Part shown: positions 27,098 through 35,957 of the stretch, piece by piece
How the letters are laid out: each line of letters opens with the position of its first letter
How positions within the stretch are numbered: the first letter of the stretch is position 1
Made by a program: the position numbers and the translations under genes
IMG/VR virus record: IMGVR_UViG_3300020045_002935
Span: 1-38,740 of that record
From: a virus
Lineage: Duplodnaviria; Caudoviricetes
Strand: one strand, 5' to 3'
Length of the DNA stretch: 38,740 nucleotides
The notes under the pieces: generated by a model
What the model was told of the DNA's origin: nothing
Database searches by the model: none
What the model saw: only the letters and a program-made list of their open reading frames with translations

Positions 27098-28039
27098 ATG
27101 GGTAAAATAGCTTTTTTAGATAAGATAGGGGTAACGCTTAACGCAAGAACCAAACTTGATGCTTCGGATGTAAACGAAATAAAAGCATCTGTAAACGCTT
27201 TATACGACATATTTGATACGGTAGGTTCTGAGCCTGTTGGTTCAACACGTAATTGGTGGTGTTTGGATACTATCCCATCAGATTACATGTTAATAACAGA
27301 GTCGCAACAATGGTTTTCTAAAATTGACTATGCAAGTCTTTACACAGCTTTAGGTGGTGAAAGTAATGTTTTTGGTGTAACATCAACTCAATTCTCTATC
27401 CCGTATTTCCCAGAAGGTACATCACTTGTAAAAAATGGTGTGAATTTCCCCATAGGTGTAACAGGAGGTAATAAATTACACACTCTAACCATACAAGAGC
27501 TACCATCTCATAGTTTTAAAATTGCAGCGGATGCAGCGACTAGTGGTGGAAGTGGAAGTTTTTTACAAGGTCATCCAGATAGATACTTATCAAGATTACA
27601 CACAAATAATCCAGACGGAAATAATGACTATGAATTATGCGGTGTAGATAACACAGTTCCTACATTAGGAAAAACTAATACATTAGGTGGGGGAGTAGCC
27701 CACAATAATATGCCACCATATATAGGGGCTTATTTTATCATTAAAGTCCGCACAACTGCTATTGTTCCAATTGATAACCCGACTTATATATTAAGCACAA
27801 CAACCGCTTCAAGTAATGTGCAAATTCCAATACCAGCGGGAACGTTTATAAAAGATATTGATGTGTTCGTTGTTTCTGGTACACCGACAATAAATATACC
27901 TCAGATTGGAAGTGGTGATATGTCAGGACAAGATATTTACCCAAATACTGCTAATTTAAAATTCTCAGCAGATGGTTTATTAGATGTAAATGTTTCGGGC
28001 GGAACTATTAAAATACAAGTTATAAAATATAATATATGA
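27098..28039 (+). CDS. Tail fibre protein with tail-collar-like domain
   Basis: PVGS...IPSDY...TGG.K.HTLTIQELPSH...HNNMPPY...FIIK. Confidence 0.75.
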   Translation: MGKIAFLDKIGVTLNARTKLDASDVNEIKASVNALYDIFDTVGSEPVGSTRNWWCLDTIPSDYMLITESQQWFSKIDYASLYTALGGESNVFGVTSTQFSIPYFPEGTSLVKNGVNFPIGVTGGNKLHTLTIQELPSHSFKIAADAATSGGSGSFLQGHPDRYLSRLHTNNPDGNNDYELCGVDNTVPTLGKTNTLGGGVAHNNMPPYIGAYFIIKVRTTAIVPIDNPTYILSTTTASSNVQIPIPAGTFIKDIDVFVVSGTPTINIPQIGSGDMSGQDIYPNTANLKFSADGLLDVNVSGGTIKIQVIKYNI

Positions 28040-28164
28040 TTTATTTTCACAGTTGCAAATTTTATTTATTACTTAAATATTTATACGCACTTATTTTTAT
28101 AATGTCAACATTTAAAGCAAGAAAAGAACTTTTTAAAATTATAATTCAATTAATTAAGTTATGA
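28036..28164 (+). CDS. 42-aa hydrophobic/basic micro-ORF
   Basis: MIYFHSCKFYLLLKYLYALIFIMSTFKARKELFKIIIQLIKL; ATGA overlaps at both ends. Confidence 0.4.
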   Translation: MIYFHSCKFYLLLKYLYALIFIMSTFKARKELFKIIIQLIKL

Positions 28165-30917
28165 AAAAAACATTTTTATTTTTATTCGCATTAGTTACTT
28201 TGTTGGCATTCGGACAAGCACCGCAGAGATTTCCAAGTGGAGTCATTGGAAAGTATTTCAAAGTAATTGGAAGCACACCAGACAGCGTGCAACTTGGCGA
28301 TGGCTCAAGACGGGCTATTAGCACAATTTACACAGATACGACAAGTTTGTCAAATCGAATTAACACGAAAGAGCCATTACTCCCACCCACCCCAGTTAAT
28401 CCCGAATCAAAAATCCTGAATGGGAATAAGCAGTGGTCGGAAATCGCTGTCGGTAGTGGGGGTTACGCTTCAAACGTATACTTCACTAACTTGACTTCTA
28501 CTATTAACAGTGCTTACAAACAAACGAGCGCAACCGCTGATCTTACCGAAACAGTCGCATCGGCTACGTGCAATAACAACGAGGTGTTAATTTATACCTA
28601 TCTCTTTGAACAACCAGTCGGAGTTACAACCGTAGATGCAGGCGTGTGGCGTTTTACGCTTAATAGTATTATCAGCTCAAGTGTTGGCGATAGTAAATTT
28701 AAAATCGTTCAATACAGGAGGTCATTCACAGGTGTTGAAACCGACATGTTCACAATATATTCAAATACGATTGAAAATACTGAATATCAAAACAATATAA
28801 TTGAAACAGTGCAGCCAAGTTTTTCAACGAATACGACCGACTACCTTGGATGTAGGATTTACGCTACTACTACTACGCTTGTTAATAAAACATTGTCGTA
28901 TAAGGTTGGTGATGGCTTTGCGTCATACCTGAATACCCCGCTAGCTCTTCGGCACTCCCAACTAAGGGATAAGAACGGAGAATCGGCATATCAACATTTG
29001 ACGTCTGAGCAGGTGGCTGTTGTTAATACGACTCAATTAAATTTAAATACAAAACAGAAAAAATATATTAATGATATAACAGATTTTGGTGCAATTGGAG
29101 ATAGCATTACTGATAATTACCAAGCCTTTAAAAATGCCTTAGCATCTCAAGGATTAATAAAAATTCCAAAGGGAGTTTTTTATGTCAGTTCACCTATCAC
29201 GTTATTAAAAAGTTCATATATTGACGGAATTGGCGATTCTTCTGTTATTCGCATAAACGGAAACTATCCTGCAATTACTATAAAAGGAAGCAATGTGACA
29301 ATAAAAAATATTAAAATAATTGGGACTAACACTGGAACGCCAGCCACATATTCAACATCTATGCCATTCCAGCATGGAATAAAAATACAAGCTGACTCTA
29401 CTGGCGCAAAAGCGTATACTTATACTAACATAGCAATCGAAGGATGTGCTTTTTCACGCTTAAAAGGTGCTGGAGTCTATAACGCATATAATTTTAATGG
29501 ATCAAAACCGACTTGTACAGTTAGGGTTTCAAACTCCTACTCCGATAATTGTACTTGGGGGTATAAGGCCGATAAACAGGGCGAGTATATGGAAATATAT
29601 AATTCGCATGCTGGAAATTGCGCGTATGGTGCGTGGAGCTCATGCGGAAACAATTCGTTTGTCGGATGCTTTCTTAATGCTAATCGGGTTGGGATAAGAG
29701 TTAGTAGGGACTTAATAGGTGGAAACGAGGGTCACTCATCTTTTATGAGTGGAGCTTTAAACCATAATATGGACTATGCATGCGTAATTGACACTGTTAA
29801 TAATGGGTATGTATTTTCGTCTACATCTATAAATTTCGCATCTATTCGAGTAAACAATTCAAATTTTATAAGAATAACAAGTTCTTTTATTAACGTAGAT
29901 TCAATAATTAATATTAACTCATCTGCTATACACGTAACAAATAACGATATTTTTAGAATACCAGTTGTTGTAGACTTGAATGGCTACTGCTATTTTTTTA
30001 ATAATAAATGGAATGGAGTAGCTCCTGCAAATTTAATCGATAACAAGATAGTCTCTATAAATGCGTCTGGAGCTGGCACATTTGGTGGAGCTGGCACGTT
30101 TGGTGGAGTGGCAGCGTCAATAAACGCAATATCAACTTCGAACACAAATAACAGCACTTTATCCCTTGGAAATTCAGTTGGATTTACGGGAACTGGCGCA
30201 GAGGGAGTAAAGTTTTATTACTCAGGTTCAAATGGGAATACATTTCTCGATAGTTATTATCATAGCGGTAGAATATATTTTAGAACGAACGTATCGTCAG
30301 GAAGCCCAGTAAATGCTCTTATTCTTGATAATACCGGGGCAGCAACTTTCTCATCGAATATACCATCAGCTTCACCAATTACAGGTACATTAATTGTTGG
30401 TGGTGGGATTGGGGCAGACCATATCCGCGTTAATAACATCTATGGAAACGGCTCAAATCTTACAGGCGTTCAACTCCCAATTACCCTAACAACTAACGGA
30501 ACAAGTGGGGTTGCTACAAAAGTAGGAGATGTGATTAACATTCCGAATTATGGTAGCGGAGCTACAAGTGGTAGCTATCTTCCATCACAAACAATAATTG
30601 CAAATATTAACAGCGGAACACCTACTACGGCGCGGCTAATATATACAAAGATAGGAAATATATATACTATTTCAACTAGCGGAAGTTTCAGTTCCACCAC
30701 GGCTGGTTCTTGTCAATTGGACATACAGCTTCCAGCCACGGCCAGTTCTAGCGGAGGCTCATTCGTTGTGGCAGCTATTAATTCAACAGGGGCGCAATCT
30801 AGAGCAGCATGGTGTGGAGCTACAGGAAATGGAAGTACAACTATTAGAATTTTAATAGAAGCTACAGGAGCTGAGACAGTAAGCTATTATATTTCAGGTC
30901 AATATACAGCACAATAA
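28161..30917 (+). CDS. Tailspike/receptor-binding protein with pectate-lyase-like beta-helix and N-terminal signal peptide
   Basis: DFGAIGDSITDNYQAFKNAL...IPKG.F beta-helix entry motif; N-terminus MKKTFLFLFALVTLLAFG/Q. Confidence 0.8.
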   Translation: MKKTFLFLFALVTLLAFGQAPQRFPSGVIGKYFKVIGSTPDSVQLGDGSRRAISTIYTDTTSLSNRINTKEPLLPPTPVNPESKILNGNKQWSEIAVGSGGYASNVYFTNLTSTINSAYKQTSATADLTETVASATCNNNEVLIYTYLFEQPVGVTTVDAGVWRFTLNSIISSSVGDSKFKIVQYRRSFTGVETDMFTIYSNTIENTEYQNNIIETVQPSFSTNTTDYLGCRIYATTTTLVNKTLSYKVGDGFASYLNTPLALRHSQLRDKNGESAYQHLTSEQVAVVNTTQLNLNTKQKKYINDITDFGAIGDSITDNYQAFKNALASQGLIKIPKGVFYVSSPITLLKSSYIDGIGDSSVIRINGNYPAITIKGSNVTIKNIKIIGTNTGTPATYSTSMPFQHGIKIQADSTGAKAYTYTNIAIEGCAFSRLKGAGVYNAYNFNGSKPTCTVRVSNSYSDNCTWGYKADKQGEYMEIYNSHAGNCAYGAWSSCGNNSFVGCFLNANRVGIRVSRDLIGGNEGHSSFMSGALNHNMDYACVIDTVNNGYVFSSTSINFASIRVNNSNFIRITSSFINVDSIININSSAIHVTNNDIFRIPVVVDLNGYCYFFNNKWNGVAPANLIDNKIVSINASGAGTFGGAGTFGGVAASINAISTSNTNNSTLSLGNSVGFTGTGAEGVKFYYSGSNGNTFLDSYYHSGRIYFRTNVSSGSPVNALILDNTGAATFSSNIPSASPITGTLIVGGGIGADHIRVNNIYGNGSNLTGVQLPITLTTNGTSGVATKVGDVINIPNYGSGATSGSYLPSQTIIANINSGTPTTARLIYTKIGNIYTISTSGSFSSTTAGSCQLDIQLPATASSSGGSFVVAAINSTGAQSRAAWCGATGNGSTTIRILIEATGAETVSYYISGQYTAQ

Positions 30918-30936
30918 TTAAAAAAAATAAAACATA

Positions 30937-31230
30937 ATGAAAAAACAAAGCGAATTTGGAAAAATTAAAGGCGTTGATTTATTAAACGCTCTTTATTATT
31001 TTATTGGAACATTGGGAACAATGGTACTCACATACTTAGAAGCATTCAAAGCGTTTCCAAGTATGACTGAGCTTATCGGTATGGCTGGAACATCTGCTAT
31101 TCCTCCTTTCTTGTCGATTATCAAACGGTTGTTTAAAAATTCGGATGGAAAACTTTTTGAGAAAGAAAAATATGTTATGGGTGATAATCCTCAAACTGGT
31201 GGAGGTGGAATTAATCCACCTTTAAAATGA
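30937..31230 (+). CDS. Putative holin
   Basis: 97 aa, two hydrophobic segments, NS.GK motif, start of the lysis module. Confidence 0.5.
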   Translation: MKKQSEFGKIKGVDLLNALYYFIGTLGTMVLTYLEAFKAFPSMTELIGMAGTSAIPPFLSIIKRLFKNSDGKLFEKEKYVMGDNPQTGGGGINPPLK

Positions 31231-31613
31231 AACTATTGATAAAATTAGTCAAGTATTACCCTATTATTGTGAATTTAGCGATAATATTTATGATGATAGA
31301 GTGGTACTTTACAAAAAGAAATATTTTGCTTTATCCATATATTGGGCAAAGTTTTTATTTTAATACCATTTTGCTGATTTTATCATATAATTTAAAGTTT
31401 TGCACTTGGCATAGAATTTTGATTTACTCAATGTCATTTGTTCTGTTTTTAGAAACGATTTCAAATTATGGTGTTAATATCAACTATTATTTATATATTT
31501 GTACAATCGTTTCAATAATCGCATTAATAACCGCTACGCTACTTTATTACAAAAATGGATGCTACATCAACAGAGCTTGCAAAAATACTAAGGCGAATCG
31601 CAAACTGGATTGA
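31227..31613 (+). CDS. Multi-pass membrane protein
   Basis: About four hydrophobic segments; KFC.WHR motif. Confidence 0.65.
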   Translation: MKLLIKLVKYYPIIVNLAIIFMMIEWYFTKRNILLYPYIGQSFYFNTILLILSYNLKFCTWHRILIYSMSFVLFLETISNYGVNINYYLYICTIVSIIALITATLLYYKNGCYINRACKNTKANRKLD

Positions 31614-31785
31614 TAGCGGTAAATGTGATGAAATTACGAAAGAAGATTTTACAGAACTATTGAAAAACTTGTCAAGTATTGACAGAATTACAAAAAAGTA
31701 TGGATTCAGCAACAATGATTTTAACTGTAGTTTCGGCAGTAGGTGGCGGAACTTTATTAAAAGTAGGAGAAAAAATCTTCGGTAA
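31555..31785 (+). CDS. Hypothetical protein (overlapping)
   Basis: LAKILRRIANWIDSGKCDEI looks protein-like; overlaps both neighbours. Confidence 0.4.
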   Translation: MDATSTELAKILRRIANWIDSGKCDEITKEDFTELLKNLSSIDRITKKYGFSNNDFNCSFGSRWRNFIKSRRKNLR

Positions 31786-32011
31786 TAATAAAGTTAAAGA
31801 ACTTAGCGATATTATCGAAACAATGGGCAAGCGAATAGATAAACAGGACGCTAAAATAATTGAGCTTGAAACAAAAGTAAATGAATCTGACGACGCAAGG
31901 GTGGCATTGAGCGAAAATCTTAACCGTTATAAATTTGCACATACGTTTCTAGGGCTTTGCCAACATAAAGATGAATGTCCTATTGCAATGGCACTAACTA
32001 AAAAAGATTGA
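31700..32011 (+). CDS. Single-TM coiled-coil protein (holin/antiholin-like)
   Basis: ILTVVSAVGGG TM, coiled coil, C-terminal C....CP. Start taken as ATG 31700. Confidence 0.55.
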   Translation: MDSATMILTVVSAVGGGTLLKVGEKIFGNNKVKELSDIIETMGKRIDKQDAKIIELETKVNESDDARVALSENLNRYKFAHTFLGLCQHKDECPIAMALTKKD

Positions 32012-32484
32012 TTATGGGTAGAGCAGAGAAATTTATTCGAATAGTACTTCTTTCTGAGGGTGGTTCAAAATACACTAACAACCCAAACGATGCCGGGGGA
32101 GAAACTAAATATGGGATATCTAAAAAAGCATTTCCGAATGTTGATATTAAAAACTTGACAGAAGTAGATGCAATACTGTTGTACAAAAAAATGTATTACG
32201 ATGCTTGCAAGTGTGATTTGTTTAACGATGAATTGCTCGCATTACACGTTTTTGATTTTGGAGTTAATTCTGGAATTAGCAGGTCAATTAAAACTCTTCA
32301 ATCAGTTATAGGAGTAAAAGCCGATGGTATAATTGGAAAACAAACCATTGAAAAATCAAACTCAGGAAACTATACTGAGCAATATAGAATAGCAAGGATA
32401 GCTTTTTATAACAATATTGGCGTAGGCAAAAATAAGAAATTCCTAAAAGGATGGATTAATCGTGTAAATAATTTAAAAATATAA
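32008..32484 (+). CDS. Endolysin, glycoside hydrolase family 108 with peptidoglycan-binding C-terminus
   Basis: EGG..Y.N.PND.GGETKYGIS; DFGVNSG; DGIIG..T; KFLKGWINRV. Confidence 0.92.
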   Translation: MIMGRAEKFIRIVLLSEGGSKYTNNPNDAGGETKYGISKKAFPNVDIKNLTEVDAILLYKKMYYDACKCDLFNDELLALHVFDFGVNSGISRSIKTLQSVIGVKADGIIGKQTIEKSNSGNYTEQYRIARIAFYNNIGVGKNKKFLKGWINRVNNLKI

Positions 32485-32488
32485 CATC

Positions 32489-33118
32489 ATGAAAACAATA
32501 ATCATATCAATTCTAAAAAAATACTGGAGTTACTTATTAATTTCACTTTTAGCGGTTGTAATTTACTTCATGTTTGGAACTATCAAAACAAAAAATGCTG
32601 AAATAATCCGAAAGAATTCAAACATCGAAGTACTGAACTCAGAGTTTCAAAAGTACAAAGTATATTCAACCGTAAAAATAAACGGCAAGGATTCAACTAT
32701 ACTGTTGAACGCTGCAAAAATACAATCGCTAACCTACACAGTTTCCGAATTTGAGCAGTTCAGAGGTAATGACGCACAAACTATTGAATCACTAAAACTG
32801 AAGCTTAAAAACGTTCTATCGGTGGCAAATGTAGACACTCAAATTGAACAGCACATAACAACTCCAACGATCAAAACTGATAGTTCAACATGCTTCAATT
32901 ATAAAGATGAATTTATCGAGTTAAGCGGGTGCACTATTGACACCACAACCGACATAGGATATAATATAAAAGACAAACTTTTAATAATTCCTTCAATCGT
33001 AAAAAAACACCATTTCTTATGGTTTGAGTGGGGCGTTAAAGGTATTCAGCTTGATGTATTATCGAAAAATCCAAACTCTTCATTCACTTATGAGAGTTAT
33101 ATCGAATTAAAACACTAA
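32489..33118 (+). CDS. Spanin-like protein (DUF6549-like)
   Basis: N-terminal TM, coiled coil, KHHFLWFEWG...SKNPN; follows the endolysin. Confidence 0.6.
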   Translation: MKTIIISILKKYWSYLLISLLAVVIYFMFGTIKTKNAEIIRKNSNIEVLNSEFQKYKVYSTVKINGKDSTILLNAAKIQSLTYTVSEFEQFRGNDAQTIESLKLKLKNVLSVANVDTQIEQHITTPTIKTDSSTCFNYKDEFIELSGCTIDTTTDIGYNIKDKLLIIPSIVKKHHFLWFEWGVKGIQLDVLSKNPNSSFTYESYIELKH

Positions 33119-33165
33119 CTTTACGGTCTGTTTTCATGGTTACTTTTTAAATTGTTTATTACGAT

Positions 33166-33204
33166 ATATCCACTTGTTTGCGAAAATAGGTGGATATTTT
33201 TTTT
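33166..33204 (+). terminator. Rho-independent terminator ending the late region
   Basis: ATATCCACTTGTTT-GCGA-AAATAGGTGGATAT followed by a T-run. Confidence 0.8.
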
Positions 33205-33242
33205 GATTTAAAGTTAAACTTTTAAAAACATATAATAAACCA

Positions 33243-33274
33243 TTTGTTTTATTCAAAACTATTTACTTACTTTG
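33243..33274 (+). promoter_or_regulatory. Putative promoter of a short transcript
   Basis: TTTG, N20, TTACTTTG. Confidence 0.5.
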
Positions 33275-33413
33275 CAATTCAATAGTATAAACTATACGCG
33301 TAATTAGTACTAACATTTAAACAACTCGGACATGAAAATGAAACGACGGCAATTCTCAGCCACTACTAAACGAGAAAAACTATAAAACAAACTACCGGTG
33401 GACGTATGTCCGT

Positions 33414-33448
33414 AAAGCCTATTATACATTGATATAATAGGCTTTTTT
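33414..33448 (+). terminator. Rho-independent terminator
   Basis: AAAGCCTATTATA-CATTGA-TATAATAGGCTTT-TTT. Confidence 0.8.
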
Positions 33449-33498
33449 CATCCAATTAGTTAAACTTTCATCATTTATTGAAAATAGTTTACTTTTTA

Positions 33499-33530
33499 TT
33501 TGGTAGATAGTAAAATATAGTTTACCTTTG
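33499..33530 (+). promoter_or_regulatory. Early promoter with overlapping inverted repeat
   Basis: TTTG, N20, TACCTTTG; GTAAA-N6-TTTAC overlaps the -7 element. Confidence 0.75.
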
Positions 33531-33577
33531 TATCATACAAAAGGAAATAAAACAACAACCAAATAAAAATAACGACC

Positions 33578-33889
33578 ATGACACTTACAATCGGACAACA
33601 AGGCAAATTAGGAAATGAAGTTCTTACAGTAGTTTCTTTTAACGAAATGATTTTCAAATGCGACAATGGTAAAACATACATGATTAAAAATGCATATTGG
33701 ATGACAGAACCAAAAGAAGAAATTGTAGAAGTAAAACAAACTAAAAAATCTCAAAGAGAACTGACAAACAAAGAAAACGAAAGATTAGCTTATTTGAAAT
33801 TTACAGGAAACGATACAGAATCTTTAATGAGAAAATCAACAGAAAATTACAGAAACGGAAGATCAGGTTTAAGCTCACTAACTAAATAA
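33578..33889 (+). CDS. Hypothetical early protein
   Basis: First ORF after the promoter, very A-rich. Confidence 0.75.
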   Translation: MTLTIGQQGKLGNEVLTVVSFNEMIFKCDNGKTYMIKNAYWMTEPKEEIVEVKQTKKSQRELTNKENERLAYLKFTGNDTESLMRKSTENYRNGRSGLSSLTK

Positions 33890-33908
33890 TCACTTAAAAA
33901 ACAGTATT

Positions 33909-34088
33909 ATGAAAGCAATTGAAAAAAAATCAGCAATTGAGAATTTAGGATTACAAGTTTTTAACTCGTACAACGGTAACAAAGGAGACTTTGTTACCGT
34001 TGGAAAAATGAACACAAAAACTGGCGAACTTGAAAACAAACAAGAATTTAAAGATATACATGCAGCTTACAAGGAAATAATCGGATAA
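33909..34088 (+). CDS. Small hypothetical protein (59 aa, MKAIEKKSAIEN...)
   Basis: Translated by hand; below the ORF-track cutoff. Confidence 0.7.
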   Translation: MKAIEKKSAIENLGLQVFNSYNGNKGDFVTVGKMNTKTGELENKQEFKDIHAAYKEIIG

Positions 34089-34089
34089 T

Positions 34090-34263
34090 ATGACACATGA
34101 AGATTTTAAAGACATGAAAAGGCAGTTGAAGCTAACAAATGCTTCAATTGCTGAAATTACAGGGCTTTCGACCGATTCAGTCAAAACCATGACACAACCG
34201 AATAGAGAGCTTCCTGCATGGGCAAAATCAATGATATTTGTCTGGAAACAGTTTATTAGTTAA
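34090..34263 (+). CDS. Small HTH regulator (57 aa)
   Basis: MTHEDFKDMKRQLKLTNASIAEITGLSTDSVKTMTQPNRELPAWAKSMIFVWKQFIS, with an HTH signature IAEITGLS..SV. Confidence 0.75.
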   Translation: MTHEDFKDMKRQLKLTNASIAEITGLSTDSVKTMTQPNRELPAWAKSMIFVWKQFIS

Positions 34264-34298
34264 ACTTTCACTCAAAATCAAAAATAATTGAATAATAG

Positions 34299-34330
34299 TT
34301 TGCATATATGAAAAGAAAGATGTACTTTTA
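34299..34330 (+). promoter_or_regulatory. Early promoter
   Basis: TTTGCATATATGAAAAGAAAG...TACTTTTA. Confidence 0.65.
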
Positions 34331-34372
34331 CATCGTAATCAAAAACAAAAAAATAATTTAAAAAATACAGTT

Positions 34373-34789
34373 ATGAAAACTCCGCATTATTATCCAATTT
34401 CAGACGAAATAGCAATTATTAACATGAGACATGACGATTGTCGCTTTTTTATTGGAAAATCAAATATTACTCGTAATGAAATTATGACGCATTATCACAT
34501 AACTGGTTGTGAAGCTTTATTTTCAATACATGATTCAGGGACTGACAATTATGATGCATATGCAGATGTATACGTTCCGACTAATGTTAAAAACATAATT
34601 ATAGAAATAGATTATTTCAGCGAAGACCAGTCAATTTTTGGTGATGGTAAATATTTTTTAATTGCCAGTTGTTGGTATAACATGAAAGTTCTTTTAGAAG
34701 AAAAAGAAATGTTTGATTTTAAAACGATAGGTTCGTTGTATGACTTTGTAGTAACTGAATGGGGAAAAGAATGTGAATCAAATAACTAA
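34373..34789 (+). CDS. Acidic hypothetical protein
   Basis: ORF directly after a promoter. Confidence 0.7.
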   Translation: MKTPHYYPISDEIAIINMRHDDCRFFIGKSNITRNEIMTHYHITGCEALFSIHDSGTDNYDAYADVYVPTNVKNIIIEIDYFSEDQSIFGDGKYFLIASCWYNMKVLLEEKEMFDFKTIGSLYDFVVTEWGKECESNN

Positions 34790-34795
34790 ATAATT

Positions 34796-35119
34796 ATGAA
34801 AAAGCAATTAGTAAACACCCGAAAAATATCAATAAGTAATTTTACTTTTGAATGCGCTGGCGAACTAGGATATATCGTTACATTTTTTAGTACTAAAACA
34901 AATAAAAGTTGGATTTGTAAAACGATAAATTCTCGACTAATAAATGCGACTCTAAAAACAACAATTCCACTTCAAAAAGATTTAATTGAACTTAAAAATC
35001 TATGTAAAAAGAGAAAATATAGAGAATGTCCGCATTGCGATAGGATCATACCATATCCGTATAATTTTAACGAACACAAACAAATTTGCAAAAACATAAA
35101 ACAAAATCATGGAAACTAA
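34796..35119 (+). CDS. Hypothetical protein with C-terminal zinc finger
   Basis: CPHC...H...C. Confidence 0.65.
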   Translation: MKKQLVNTRKISISNFTFECAGELGYIVTFFSTKTNKSWICKTINSRLINATLKTTIPLQKDLIELKNLCKKRKYRECPHCDRIIPYPYNFNEHKQICKNIKQNHGN

Positions 35120-35306
35120 AAAACTGCTAAAAATAAAAGGATATGCAAGCATTACATGCTTTGTATTGGTAATTGCATTACTTGCGCTTACAATCGCTTT
35201 AAACCTTACTCAGAAGCATGTATTGTTCTATCTAAGTATTGCCGATATTGTATTAATCGGAATATCGTTTTTTATAGCTGAATCAATTAACAATAAAATA
35301 AAATAA
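35109..35306 (+). CDS. Small two-TM membrane protein
   Basis: Two hydrophobic stretches. Confidence 0.65.
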   Translation: METKKLLKIKGYASITCFVLVIALLALTIALNLTQKHVLFYLSIADIVLIGISFFIAESINNKIK

Positions 35307-35312
35307 ACAATT

Positions 35313-35621
35313 ATGAATTTAAAAGTAGGAGATAAAATATATAAAAGCCAATATGGTGCATTAACTTTAATTGGAACTATTGAAAGAGTAACAGAAAAAA
35401 GAGCATTTACTAAAACATATTCTTTTAAAATAGAAATAGAAGGGGATAATTCAGTTAAACATATACCACAAGAAAAATGGGGTGGATATTATTTCTTAGG
35501 AGATGAAAAAACAAACAAAGAATATGAAATGATTCAAATAAAAAAGTTTGTATGTAATTTTAATTATGAAAAACTTTCAAACGTAAATATTTTAAGTATT
35601 TATTCCATAATAAAGCAATAA
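35313..35621 (+). CDS. Hypothetical protein
   Basis: LKVGDKIY...IERVTEKRA, an SH3-like phage module. Confidence 0.7.
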   Translation: MNLKVGDKIYKSQYGALTLIGTIERVTEKRAFTKTYSFKIEIEGDNSVKHIPQEKWGGYYFLGDEKTNKEYEMIQIKKFVCNFNYEKLSNVNILSIYSIIKQ

Positions 35622-35624
35622 TTT

Positions 35625-35945
35625 ATGAAAACAATTAAAACACTTCCAATCGGTTCAAAAATCTACGTCAACGGATATAACGCTAAATTCTTATGCGTAG
35701 TTGACAGATATACTATCTCAATATCATACGGTGGTGATGACATTAGTTATGTAGATGCTGAAGACTGTGAATTGCGACTTACGCATCAAATATTCAATGA
35801 AATTGAAAAGGATTATCTTTTCACAAAGCAGACTATAAAATCAGTAAAATTATTTTTAAAAGAAAACAAAGAGTTGCTGAAAGGAATAGTTTTCGGAGTT
35901 TTATTCATGGCTCTTGCGTTTGTTGGCTTTAAGTTTTTAATGTAA
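35625..35945 (+). CDS. Hypothetical protein with C-terminal TM
   Basis: GIVFGVLFMALAFVGF at the C-terminus. Confidence 0.65.
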   Translation: MKTIKTLPIGSKIYVNGYNAKFLCVVDRYTISISYGGDDISYVDAEDCELRLTHQIFNEIEKDYLFTKQTIKSVKLFLKENKELLKGIVFGVLFMALAFVGFKFLM

Positions 35946-35957
35946 AAATAAAATATT

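Noticed and set aside
27098-30917. Diversity-generating retroelement or invertible tail-fibre cassette
   Set aside because: No reverse transcriptase or invertase gene, and no TR/VR pair or flanking inverted repeats were seen.
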